Source: an uncultured Methanoregulaceae archaeon (GTDB lineage: Archaea; Halobacteriota; Methanomicrobia; Methanomicrobiales; Methanospirillaceae). Taken from it: a stretch of DNA of 64,000 bases. Where the stretch lies: assembly GCA_963701095.1 (NCBI GenBank), contig OY969564.1:736001-800000 (forward strand). Reading direction: 5' to 3'. Positions 54,371 through 63,184 of the stretch are shown one piece after another (the stretch's first letter is position 1; each line of letters starts with the position of its first letter). The notes beneath the pieces were generated by a model. It ran no database searches and was not told the origin of the DNA. It was given only the letters and a program-made list of their open reading frames with translations. The position numbers were made by a program, and so were the translations under genes.

Positions 54371-55036
54371 ATGAGAGCACAGTATTGCCGGGAGCATATT
54401 GACAAAGTAGCTGAAGAGTGCGGCATCAGCGAAGAGTACGTTTCGGATGTAAAGAAAGCCGCCAGGTTTTGTTCAGTGGCAGGAGAATTCTCCGACTGCG
54501 CTACCAGCGCAATTCTGGCTTTGATTAACGTTTCGGATGATTTGGTGAGAGATAAAGCCATATCGTCCGTGTCAAATTCGTTGAAATCATCAAAACACCC
54601 TCTGACCGGGCAGTTCCTGAAAGAGCGAAAATTGCCAGAAAAGACTATCAAAAAGGTGATACGGAATATCGAGCGGGAAGTCCGGGGCGAGCTGACAAAG
54701 ACCTACGAGAAAGAGCGGCAACCTGCACCGGAAACACCAAAAGAACCTGAAAAAGAGCATATTGTTGAGGCACAGACCGGGTTCACGACCGCGGCAAGAA
54801 TGAATGACGGTCTTGGTAATTCCTTCACCCGGGGAAATCCGCTCAAAATCACCCCGGTTCAACTGACCAAACAACAGGCAGAATCCGTGATAACTTCCGT
54901 TGTCCGGGGTCACTGGACGGATAAAGATCGAGCCGCCCTTGACGATCTCCGCAAGAACGGCGAGCTTGGCGAGACAGATCACGATATCCTTTACAATGCA
55001 ATGTGGGCTTGCCATGATCGGTTGGAGGGTGCGTGA
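54371..55036 (+). CDS. Hypothetical protein (possible N-terminal HTH)
   Basis: GAGGTG RBS; DKVAEECGISEEYVS. Confidence 0.65.
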   Translation: MRAQYCREHIDKVAEECGISEEYVSDVKKAARFCSVAGEFSDCATSAILALINVSDDLVRDKAISSVSNSLKSSKHPLTGQFLKERKLPEKTIKKVIRNIEREVRGELTKTYEKERQPAPETPKEPEKEHIVEAQTGFTTAARMNDGLGNSFTRGNPLKITPVQLTKQQAESVITSVVRGHWTDKDRAALDDLRKNGELGETDHDILYNAMWACHDRLEGA

Positions 55037-55179
55037 TGGCCGAACACAAAAAAGGTCACAAGGGTACGGTATCGACCCTCCGCTACAACCGGCAACGGCG
55101 GAGGATAAAGAAAGGACTGGAAAAACCGATTGAGTATACTACGACAGTAGAAGAAGCAGCTCTCGCGTTGGTGATGTGA
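55036..55179 (+). CDS. 47-aa basic protein (not in ORF track)
   Basis: TGATG overlap; MAEHKKGHKGTVSTLRYNRQRRRIKKG. Confidence 0.5.
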   Translation: MAEHKKGHKGTVSTLRYNRQRRRIKKGLEKPIEYTTTVEEAALALVM

Positions 55180-55300
55180 TTTTGTCGCATCTACCTACCT
55201 ACCTCAGCGTACCGTCCGGTTATGTTATGTTATGTAACATAATCCGAAGTTCGGATTTTGGCATTAAGTCAATTTCAGAGTTCCACTCGCTACTAAGGGG

Positions 55301-55768
55301 TTGGGATCTTTGAGGAAGAACCACACCGTCAGTCTCGAAGAGGAAGATGTGCAACTTGCGCAAGCACTCGGTCTGACCAATCTTTCCGATTATGTCCGGA
55401 GTGCAATCTCGTATTTCATTTCTGGTTCAGATCGGGAACTCACCCCCTCCGAGATCCGCGAACTCTCAAAGAAACTCGCTCTGGAAAAGCGAGCAGAACT
55501 CCAAAAACAACAGAAAATCACCGGCCAGTCCGATGAAGAAAAAAAGAAGATCGAAGATCTCCGGGCAAAGCGGCTTGCAAAGATTATCGAGTCGGTGAAA
55601 ATTGAATCTTCTAGGGTCGGGTTCGACCGATTCAAACGATACCTGGACGACCCTCATGGTGACTATGTTGCGATCCAAGACGACATTATAGCAGCAGTCT
55701 CGAATAGCGCCGGTTTCCCGGTGGATCTCGCAGATGTAATCACGGCGTTCAGGCAGGTGTCGGCATGA
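55301..55768 (+). CDS. RHH-like N-terminus + coiled-coil protein
   Basis: HTVSLEEE..NLSDYVRSAI. Confidence 0.65.
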   Translation: MGSLRKNHTVSLEEEDVQLAQALGLTNLSDYVRSAISYFISGSDRELTPSEIRELSKKLALEKRAELQKQQKITGQSDEEKKKIEDLRAKRLAKIIESVKIESSRVGFDRFKRYLDDPHGDYVAIQDDIIAAVSNSAGFPVDLADVITAFRQVSA

Positions 55769-56202
55769 ATTCCAACGGTGGTCCCCGGATTAAGAACGCA
55801 AAGAAAACCGTTGTCGATAAAATCACTTTTGCGTCACGGATGGAAGCCCGGAGATATATTGAGCTCAAGAAGCTGAAAGCGGCCGGGGTCGTGACCAGGA
55901 TCGAGTGCCAACCGGCATTTGTGCTGCAACCTGCGTACCGGAAATGCTGCGACGTGAAATATGATGCCGAAATGACGCCGTTTCTCTATAAAAAAGGTAT
56001 CTGTGAGGTATGCGGGAAGAAGATGTCCGTGGTCAAGGCGATCCGGTATGTTGCCGATTTCCGTGTCACGTATGCAGATGGTCATTTTGAGGTAGAGGAA
56101 GTGAAAGGGTATGCCCAGGAAGTTTGGAAAATTAAGAAGAAAATTTTCGAATTCCGGTACCCGGAGATCACGCTTAAGGTCGTAAAGAAGGTGAGACGAT
56201 AA
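55765..56202 (+). CDS. DUF1064 family PD-(D/E)XK nuclease with Cys insertion
   Basis: KKTVVDKITFASRMEARRY, QPAFVL, YVADF, EEVKG. Confidence 0.85.
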   Translation: MNSNGGPRIKNAKKTVVDKITFASRMEARRYIELKKLKAAGVVTRIECQPAFVLQPAYRKCCDVKYDAEMTPFLYKKGICEVCGKKMSVVKAIRYVADFRVTYADGHFEVEEVKGYAQEVWKIKKKIFEFRYPEITLKVVKKVRR

Positions 56203-56338
56203 CTCATATTTGTACTAAATGCGAACTCCCGGTAACAGTTCCCGTACCGGAGACATGGTCGCGAAAATATCCGGAACTAGCGGGGTTGTGCATCTATTGT
56301 TTTGCGGAATGGCAACGGGAGCATTTAGGGGATGGAAA

Positions 56339-56548
56339 ATGAAGGACGGGGTTATACAAATACACGAAACAACGCTCCCCTATCTGGATTTTATTGAAGA
56401 GATCCTTCTTGAGGAGCTTATCAAGCAAGGCCGGGCGGAAATCATACGCAATGGGGTTACGCATGAAAAAAATTCATCCTTTGTATCCCCTCTGTCCTCT
56501 GTGGGATACCGGGGTGTCCTTGTTAATAGGGAGCGAGTAAATCCATGA
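56339..56548 (+). CDS. Small hypothetical protein
   Basis: MKDGVIQI..LEELIKQGRAEII; ATGA overlap with next gene. Confidence 0.5.
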   Translation: MKDGVIQIHETTLPYLDFIEEILLEELIKQGRAEIIRNGVTHEKNSSFVSPLSSVGYRGVLVNRERVNP

Positions 56549-56772
56549 ACAAGAAACGGGAACCGTTCTGGGGCACAACCTCTCATGCCACTCTCATCCA
56601 TTTGTTTGTATGGGACTCGGACCGCCAGAAAATGGTTCAAGCTTGTAGATTACACCAGTTGAGTCGTATATTACCAAAGCGAGTGTGGCCGGTAGAGGGG
56701 GTTTCGATCGATCATCCGGCAATTTGCCCAAGCTGCGTTAGGCGGGCTAATGTTTATCTAAACAAGCTCTAA
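56545..56772 (+). CDS. Small putative Zn-binding protein
   Basis: H..C..CPSC. Confidence 0.55.
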   Translation: MNKKREPFWGTTSHATLIHLFVWDSDRQKMVQACRLHQLSRILPKRVWPVEGVSIDHPAICPSCVRRANVYLNKL

Positions 56773-56950
56773 AATCTAGAAAGCAGTTTTGTGGGAACGC
56801 ATTGTTTTAAAAATTCTTATAATTCTTTTTCTCTTTTGACAAGTCAACAGAACTATTTAACGATTGATATAAATGTTTAAATAGGCCAATATTGGCATAA
56901 AGACAAAAAGTCTCAAAATGAGACTTACGATTTAAATCGAAAATGGTGAA

Positions 56951-58054
56951 TTGGTGATTGGCATGGAGAAAGAATTATGCGATGACAATACTTTCGAAAA
57001 AATTGAATCGGAAGAAAAGGATGAAGAAGAAGATACCGCAAGATATGAAATAATATCATATGGTGCGGATTTCACTCTTTCCGTTTACTATACTAAAATT
57101 GAAAGTGAAGAGATTCTTGTTCCAAAATTTCAAAGGCGATATGTTTGGAGTATTAAACAAGCAAGTCGGTTAATTGAGAGTTTTTTATTAGGTCTTCCTG
57201 TGCCAGGAATTTTTTTATCTAAAGAAAAGAATAGTGGAAATCTTTTAGTTATAGATGGCCAACAACGTCTCGTCACCTGCCAAAGTTTTCGTGATGGAAT
57301 CTTCCCAAATACAATTAAACCTTTTTTATTAGAAGAAGTTAAGTCTCAGTGGGTGGGAAAAAAATATACAGATTTAGATCCTGTTGATAGAAAGCGATTT
57401 GACGATTCTGTTCTCCGTGCAACAATAATTCAACAGATTAAGCCTCAAGATCAAAAAAGCATTTATCATATTTTCCAAAGACTAAATACTGGAGGAACTC
57501 CCCTATCTAACCAAGAAATTCGTAATTGCTTATACCAAGGAAAATTCAATATTTTGCTCAATGAAATGAATAATCACCCAATATGGAGAACTCTATATCG
57601 CAGTAAAGAATTTAATAAGAGGAAGAAAGATGAAGAATTAATTCTCCGTTTTTTTGCGTTATATTATAATTTTGAAAAATATACTAAACCGATGAATGAG
57701 TTCTTATCGACATATATGGAAGATACACAAATGGAGTATCCTCGTGATGAAAATCAAAAATTATTAAGTGAAATGAAGGAAATTTTCATCAGTACTATTA
57801 GTATAATAAATACAAAAATCGGCCCTCAGGCCTTCCGTCCTAAGGGCAACATCAATACTGCCGCTTTTGATTCAATAATGTATGTCGTTGCTAAAAATAA
57901 AGAGAATTTAAATGAAAAGTTGGATAAATGTGTGATTGAGTTATTTAAAGATCAAGAATACATCAAAGCCATCACAGTTGGAACAACTGATCCTGAATCA
58001 ATTAAAAAAAGAATTGAGGTAACAACAAAATATTTTGTGAAAAAAAATGAATAG
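56951..58054 (+). CDS. DUF262 (GmrS/ParB-like) domain protein
   Basis: PKFQRRYVW, LIES, VIDGQQR, IFQRLNTGG; likely start 56963. Confidence 0.9.
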   Translation: MVIGMEKELCDDNTFEKIESEEKDEEEDTARYEIISYGADFTLSVYYTKIESEEILVPKFQRRYVWSIKQASRLIESFLLGLPVPGIFLSKEKNSGNLLVIDGQQRLVTCQSFRDGIFPNTIKPFLLEEVKSQWVGKKYTDLDPVDRKRFDDSVLRATIIQQIKPQDQKSIYHIFQRLNTGGTPLSNQEIRNCLYQGKFNILLNEMNNHPIWRTLYRSKEFNKRKKDEELILRFFALYYNFEKYTKPMNEFLSTYMEDTQMEYPRDENQKLLSEMKEIFISTISIINTKIGPQAFRPKGNINTAAFDSIMYVVAKNKENLNEKLDKCVIELFKDQEYIKAITVGTTDPESIKKRIEVTTKYFVKKNE

Positions 58055-58068
58055 ACTTATATGCTCAA

Positions 58069-58515
58069 GTGAAAATTGATTTTTTAGATTTCGTTTTCAA
58101 TGAGATTGATAAAAAAATAACTGATTCTCAAGTGCAAAGCTATCTCACTCAATATTTATCGGTATTAATTTGTGGGGTCTATGAAGATATTATCGAGAAT
58201 TTGCTTTTTGAATTTGTTAAAAAAGATCCTATATCAGTAGAGACATTGAATTTTATTTTTAATTCTATCGATAAAGGATTTCGGAATCCGAATTCAGGAA
58301 ATATTAAGAGCATGATGAGGAATTTTAATCCTCCTTGGGTAGATCAATTGAATCTAGTTGTCACAAGATCAGAATGGGATGCGTTGGAAAGTGTTGTAGC
58401 GAATAAAAATAAAATTGCACATGGAGAGTCATCGACTATAACATATGTTTTAATCAAACAATACTATACAGAATCCAAGAAAGTAATAATCGCTCTGGAT
58501 TCAATAATTGTGTAA
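58069..58515 (+). CDS. HEPN domain protein (RiboL-PSP/MAE_28990-like)
   Basis: CGVYE..E helix, RNP, KNKIAHG (R/K-x4-H). Confidence 0.8.
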   Translation: MKIDFLDFVFNEIDKKITDSQVQSYLTQYLSVLICGVYEDIIENLLFEFVKKDPISVETLNFIFNSIDKGFRNPNSGNIKSMMRNFNPPWVDQLNLVVTRSEWDALESVVANKNKIAHGESSTITYVLIKQYYTESKKVIIALDSIIV

Positions 58516-58596
58516 CATCAATTAGATATTCTTAAATTATTACAGTCTTTTTCCCATCCGAATCTCAAATCGGTGACCTGCCGCACTTAATACATA

Positions 58597-59286
58597 TCAC
58601 TGACCACCATTTTTAATTTCTATGACTTCCTTTTTTGGAAGTATTTCTATTACATAAGTAGAATTTTTTCTCTTCTGACCATCTTCACTAATAGTATTTT
58701 TAGCTGATTCACATGCTATTGCTGCTTTTTCGAGTAAATCCTTGCATGTATCATTAGCATTGTAGATTGTAACTCCACAACAGATTGTAATTCCACTTAA
58801 TACCATTTTTTTAGGCTTATCTATAATAAAGTTCCATTTTTCAACATTTTCCCTAAGACGTTCTGCAAATTGTCGTCCATGTTCGACATCGATACCTAAA
58901 TGTGACACTACTAAAAATTCATCACCGCCACAATAGAATATATAATCTTTTTCACGAATATTGAACACACTTTTCATTTGTCCAATAATCTGATCTCCAA
59001 CTTCATGATTTGAATCATAAATTTGTTTAAAATTATCTATATCAATGAGTATTACAACGAATGGTTGATTTGTTATTTGCGATTCTTGAATCTGATTATT
59101 AATTACCTCAAGAATTTGTTCTTTACTTAAGAGACCAGTATGGTTATCAATTTTATACGAATCTTCATTTATTACCCCATCTATTTTTTCATCAGTTTTT
59201 CGAGCTTGAATTAACGTGATAATCGCTATAATGACCGCTATAATAATTCCAATTATGGCCCAATAAGCGGTCTCAGAAATTTCCAT
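58597..59286 (-). CDS. Single-TM GGDEF domain protein
   Basis: N-terminal TM, DNHTGLL, IDIDNFK, HEVGD, REKD (I-site), GGDEF, TICCGV. Confidence 0.88.
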   Translation of the reverse strand: MEISETAYWAIIGIIIAVIIAIITLIQARKTDEKIDGVINEDSYKIDNHTGLLSKEQILEVINNQIQESQITNQPFVVILIDIDNFKQIYDSNHEVGDQIIGQMKSVFNIREKDYIFYCGGDEFLVVSHLGIDVEHGRQFAERLRENVEKWNFIIDKPKKMVLSGITICCGVTIYNANDTCKDLLEKAAIACESAKNTISEDGQKRKNSTYVIEILPKKEVIEIKNGGQ

Positions 59287-59468
59287 TAATATATTAATTT
59301 TTACTGCACAAAATGATAAATATCTATCTCTTATAAAATTTTTCTGTCAAAATATATTAATTAAAACCAGTTCAATTCCTTCAAATCGTGCTTGAAAAAA
59401 TCTGTTTATCTGAGTCAATATCAGACGCTCTTTTGTAATGTGCCAGCATCGGCACGGAGTATTTTCTC

Positions 59469-59978
59469 ATGACAAACCCGATTGCAACGCCCACAGGGCT
59501 CTATAAGGCCGGCCCGGCCGGTGTCGGCGGCGAATACCAGACGCTCGACTCCATCAACCAGCACATCTTCCTCCTGAACCAGGAACACGTCGTTTACGGC
59601 CTCCAGTTTGCAGCGCCAGCCTCGGTGCCAACAAACAACGAAGGCGTCAAAGACAGTGTGATCATCGATATTGTCCTGGACGGCAACGACGCCCACACCA
59701 TCCACGACCCGCACCAGACCTACGCCTTCCTCTACAGCACGGACTATCCCTCGCAACAGAACGGCACATGGTACGGCTTCTTCCGGGTACCCAACAACAA
59801 CCCGTCGCTGATAGCTCCCGGCCCGCACCAGGTCACCGTCAAGGTCGCACCCCGGGCACCCCCACTTGCCGGTACCTCTTCCGCAAACCAGATCCTGCCG
59901 CCCCGGAACTTCTCCCCGGCAGCCGGTGGCGTCAGCAAAACGTTCGTCTACTGGATCACGGACGGCCCCATCCAGTGA
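59469..59978 (+). CDS. Hypothetical beta-rich protein
   Basis: GC-rich ORF with consistent third-position bias. Confidence 0.65.
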   Translation: MTNPIATPTGLYKAGPAGVGGEYQTLDSINQHIFLLNQEHVVYGLQFAAPASVPTNNEGVKDSVIIDIVLDGNDAHTIHDPHQTYAFLYSTDYPSQQNGTWYGFFRVPNNNPSLIAPGPHQVTVKVAPRAPPLAGTSSANQILPPRNFSPAAGGVSKTFVYWITDGPIQ

Positions 59979-59984
59979 GCAAAA

Positions 59985-60704
59985 ATGTCCGTCCAAACAG
60001 ACCCGGACGAAGTCCCCCAGAACGACCCGAATGCCCGGGCCGGGTACACCTTCGACCCGTACGCCGCACCGTGCCAGCAGGGAAACATCATTTCCTTTAT
60101 CCCGTTCAGCTACCGGGACGACCACATCTACCAGGACGGTTTCGATGTCGGTTTCCGTGCCCTGTCCCCTGCCGATATCCAGAAATGCCCGCCGTTCTGG
60201 ACGGATAAACAGTACGTCTGGGAAGCAGGCCAGGACGCCGGGTTCAAAGCCGGGAGGCTCTCGGATGCCGACAAAGCCCGGATATCCGCACAACCCCCGG
60301 TACTCCTCACGGTAGACCCCCGTACCGGGTACAGCATCGACCCCTGGAGCGGCCCGGAATACCTCAAAGACACGCACGATCCCCGCATCCCCTACCACAC
60401 GAAACGGCAGCAGATGGTTGCCCTTCTCGCAGCCCAGGAAGGCGCCGCTGCTCCGGATCGGGAATCCATCCCGGCCTGTCCGCCACTGTTTTCCGATGTC
60501 GAACATTACTGGGACTCTGACGCGATTGCCGGGTATGAAGCCACGCACAGCAGCACCCTCCTTCGGATGAAGGGCTTTGTGATAAACGAGTTCCTGACGA
60601 AAGCCGGGACGGGTGACTGGATGAGTATCGCGCTTAAGATCCTGTTCGGTCCGGTGGTACTGTATAGCTTTTCGACGATTCTGCACTTTGTGAACATCGC
60701 ATAA
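59985..60704 (+). CDS. Hypothetical protein with hydrophobic C-terminus
   Basis: GC-rich ORF 6 nt after previous stop. Confidence 0.65.
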   Translation: MSVQTDPDEVPQNDPNARAGYTFDPYAAPCQQGNIISFIPFSYRDDHIYQDGFDVGFRALSPADIQKCPPFWTDKQYVWEAGQDAGFKAGRLSDADKARISAQPPVLLTVDPRTGYSIDPWSGPEYLKDTHDPRIPYHTKRQQMVALLAAQEGAAAPDRESIPACPPLFSDVEHYWDSDAIAGYEATHSSTLLRMKGFVINEFLTKAGTGDWMSIALKILFGPVVLYSFSTILHFVNIA

Positions 60705-60811
60705 TCAACTCTTTCGGGCCCGTGTTTCCCTGCCGTCTGGTCGTCCACTCCGGCACGGCAGGAAAGCTCTTCCACCTTCAGAGCGCGGTTCGATCCGCCC
60801 GGGCTCATTCC

Positions 60812-60961
60812 ATGAAAAAAATACCAGAAAGCGACTGGCAGCGAGAGATCCAGCAAGGGTGCATCGACGCCCGGCCCGTCCGGGGCGGTACCAACTGCCG
60901 GCACCCGGAGGGAACCGGCTATTGTTATTTCAAAAACTGCCCGAAGGTGAAAAACCCGTGA
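60812..60961 (+). CDS. 49-aa Cys-rich protein
   Basis: C..C..C..CP; GTGA overlap with ParB gene. Confidence 0.5.
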   Translation: MKKIPESDWQREIQQGCIDARPVRGGTNCRHPEGTGYCYFKNCPKVKNP

Positions 60962-61503
60962 GCGATATGGCATTTAAGAAAATCAACATCAGCGACCTCC
61001 ACGCAGCACCCTACAACCCGAGAAAAGACCTGCAACCGGACGATCCGGAATACCAGCAGATCAAGCGGTCGATTGAAGAGTTCGGATACGTGGATCCGGT
61101 GATCATCAACCGTGACCGGACGGTAATAGGCGGCCACCAGCGGCTCAAAGTGCTCCGGGAACTCGGCCAGGAAAAGATCGCAGTCGTGGAAATCAACCTG
61201 CCCAAAAACAAGGAAAAAGCCCTCAACGTCGCCCTCAACAAGATCAGCGGTTCCTGGGACAACGAGCGGCTCGCGGTCCTGCTCGGTGAACTGAATACCG
61301 AAGGGATGCTCGCGGTCACCGGTTTTGATGAAAAAGAATTCGAGAAGTTAACAGAGCAGCTGAAAAACGAGGGTGCAGCGAACGACATCCCCCTGAAATC
61401 AGCCTTTGAAGTTATCATCGAATGTCCCAACGAAAGCGAGCAGGAACGGACGTATAACGAGCTCATGGAGGCCGGGTATAAGTGCCGCGTTTTGACTTTA
61501 TAA
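60958..61503 (+). CDS. Phage-type ParB/Srx N-terminal domain protein
   Basis: YNPRKDL, SIEEFGYVDPVI, IGGHQRL, ALNKISG. Confidence 0.85.
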   Translation: MSDMAFKKINISDLHAAPYNPRKDLQPDDPEYQQIKRSIEEFGYVDPVIINRDRTVIGGHQRLKVLRELGQEKIAVVEINLPKNKEKALNVALNKISGSWDNERLAVLLGELNTEGMLAVTGFDEKEFEKLTEQLKNEGAANDIPLKSAFEVIIECPNESEQERTYNELMEAGYKCRVLTL

Positions 61504-62558
61504 AGGAAATCACGGCAGCCGACACGTTCAAAGTCGAACAGGTCAAGGGCGCTTTTGACCTCCAGACATCCACCATCCAGGAACATTTTACCGGCGATAT
61601 TGCTATTGAGGGGAAAGACTGGAACATCGGTTTAATTGTCGGCCGGAGCGGGACGGGTAAAACCACGATTGCGAAAGAAATCTTTGCCGCTGACTATATC
61701 GAGCCGCATACGTACGGAACATCTGCCATCGTGAACGAGATGCCGGACGGTATCTCCTATGCAGATATAACCAGAATGTTTACTGCTGTGGGTTTTTCCT
61801 CGCCGCCGTCGTGGCTGAAACCTTATTCTGTCCTCTCAAACGGGGAGAAGATGCGGGTTGACCTTGCCCGGGCTTTATTGGAAGACCGCGACGTGATCGT
61901 GTTTGATGAGTATACGTCAGTGGTCGACCGGGACGTTGCCAAAGTGTGTTCGCTCGCGGTGAACAAAGCGATCCGGAACCAGGGTAAGAAGTTCATCGCC
62001 GTTTCCTGCCACGATGATATTACCGCATGGCTGCAACCTGATTGGCTCTACGATACCAATCAGCAGACGTTTTCCTTTCGGTCCGGACAACGCCCTGAAA
62101 TCAAGGTTGACGTGTTCGACGCCCACCGGAACGCCGGACTTTGGAACGTTTTTGGGAAGTATCACTATCTGAATACGGGCATCAAGAGAGGCACCGATAT
62201 TTTCATTGGCTGTATCAATAACGCCCCGGTCGCCTTCTGTGCCGTCCGGCATTTCCCTCATCCCAAGAATCCCCGGATCAAGATGGTGCACCGGCTGGTT
62301 GTCCTGCCGGACTACCAGGGCATCGGTATCGGTACCCGGTTCCTGGGCTTTGTTGCTGAGTTGTACACTAAAAGGCAGTTTACCGTCCACCTCGTTACTT
62401 CTCAGGTGTCGCTCATCAATTCCCTCAAAAAACACGGCTGGCACTTGGTTCATTACGGCCATTTAGCGAAAGTGAAGGGCGGCATGGAGCACCTGAAAAA
62501 GACCAACAGTAACCGCAGGATTACCGCGTCGTTTAAGTATGCCGGGAGATCGGTGTGA
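61482..62558 (+). CDS. ABC ATPase-GNAT acetyltransferase fusion
   Basis: GRSGTGKT, LSNGE, IVFDE, SCH; RLVVLPDYQGIGIG. Confidence 0.88.
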   Translation: MPRFDFIKEITAADTFKVEQVKGAFDLQTSTIQEHFTGDIAIEGKDWNIGLIVGRSGTGKTTIAKEIFAADYIEPHTYGTSAIVNEMPDGISYADITRMFTAVGFSSPPSWLKPYSVLSNGEKMRVDLARALLEDRDVIVFDEYTSVVDRDVAKVCSLAVNKAIRNQGKKFIAVSCHDDITAWLQPDWLYDTNQQTFSFRSGQRPEIKVDVFDAHRNAGLWNVFGKYHYLNTGIKRGTDIFIGCINNAPVAFCAVRHFPHPKNPRIKMVHRLVVLPDYQGIGIGTRFLGFVAELYTKRQFTVHLVTSQVSLINSLKKHGWHLVHYGHLAKVKGGMEHLKKTNSNRRITASFKYAGRSV

Positions 62559-62874
62559 CCACAAAGAAATCTCCCACGGATATCAAAAAATATGGCCGGA
62601 AAAAGATACCGGTGCATGCTTGACGTTCATTTTCAAGAGCATGAGTAAAGAGATGGTCATCGCCGAAGCCGCCCGGGTCATGCTCGCCATTGAAAAGAAT
62701 ACCAGTTTGTCCCTTATCATCGAACCCTGCCCGGATTCGGATCGAGAAGGGTGGTGGCAGGTGCGGGAATGCCCGATATTTCCTATACCCCGGTACAAAT
62801 CCAAACCACACCGGAAAAGCGAGCGGAAGGTGTGGCGGGATGTGGGCCGGCCGAGACTTCGCCCGACCGTTTAA
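62539..62874 (+). CDS. Hypothetical protein
   Basis: Overlaps preceding stop, same strand. Confidence 0.5.
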   Translation: MPGDRCDHKEISHGYQKIWPEKDTGACLTFIFKSMSKEMVIAEAARVMLAIEKNTSLSLIIEPCPDSDREGWWQVRECPIFPIPRYKSKPHRKSERKVWRDVGRPRLRPTV

Positions 62875-63184
62875 AAAATAGGGGAATGAGCTCTTGCAGA
62901 AATCCTCAAAAAAGCACTATGCCTCCCTTATAATCTTCGATAAATACATCTCCCCATTTATTGAAGAAAAAAAGTTTACTTCCCGTTCTTCCGGTACAGG
63001 AAAATCGCACCGCCCAAGGGGATTCTGTCAAGTTGTCAGTAGGTCTGAAATTTTTTACTTCGATGAAAAGTCACAAGCTGCCGAAGACTTGACAGAACCC
63101 AATGTGTTAACAAATCATTAAAGAAAAGTGTCATATTCGATAGATATATATATAAATGACAAATATTAACGATAGCTGATTTTA

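Noticed and set aside
58597..59286. Cas10/mCpol (Panoptes-type) synthase
   Set aside because: Motif is GGDEF with an RxxD I-site and full diguanylate-cyclase layout rather than GGDD, and no adjacent 2TM effector or cas genes are seen
59421..60686. 421-aa minus-strand ORF
   Set aside because: Antisense shadow of two GC-rich plus-strand ORFs
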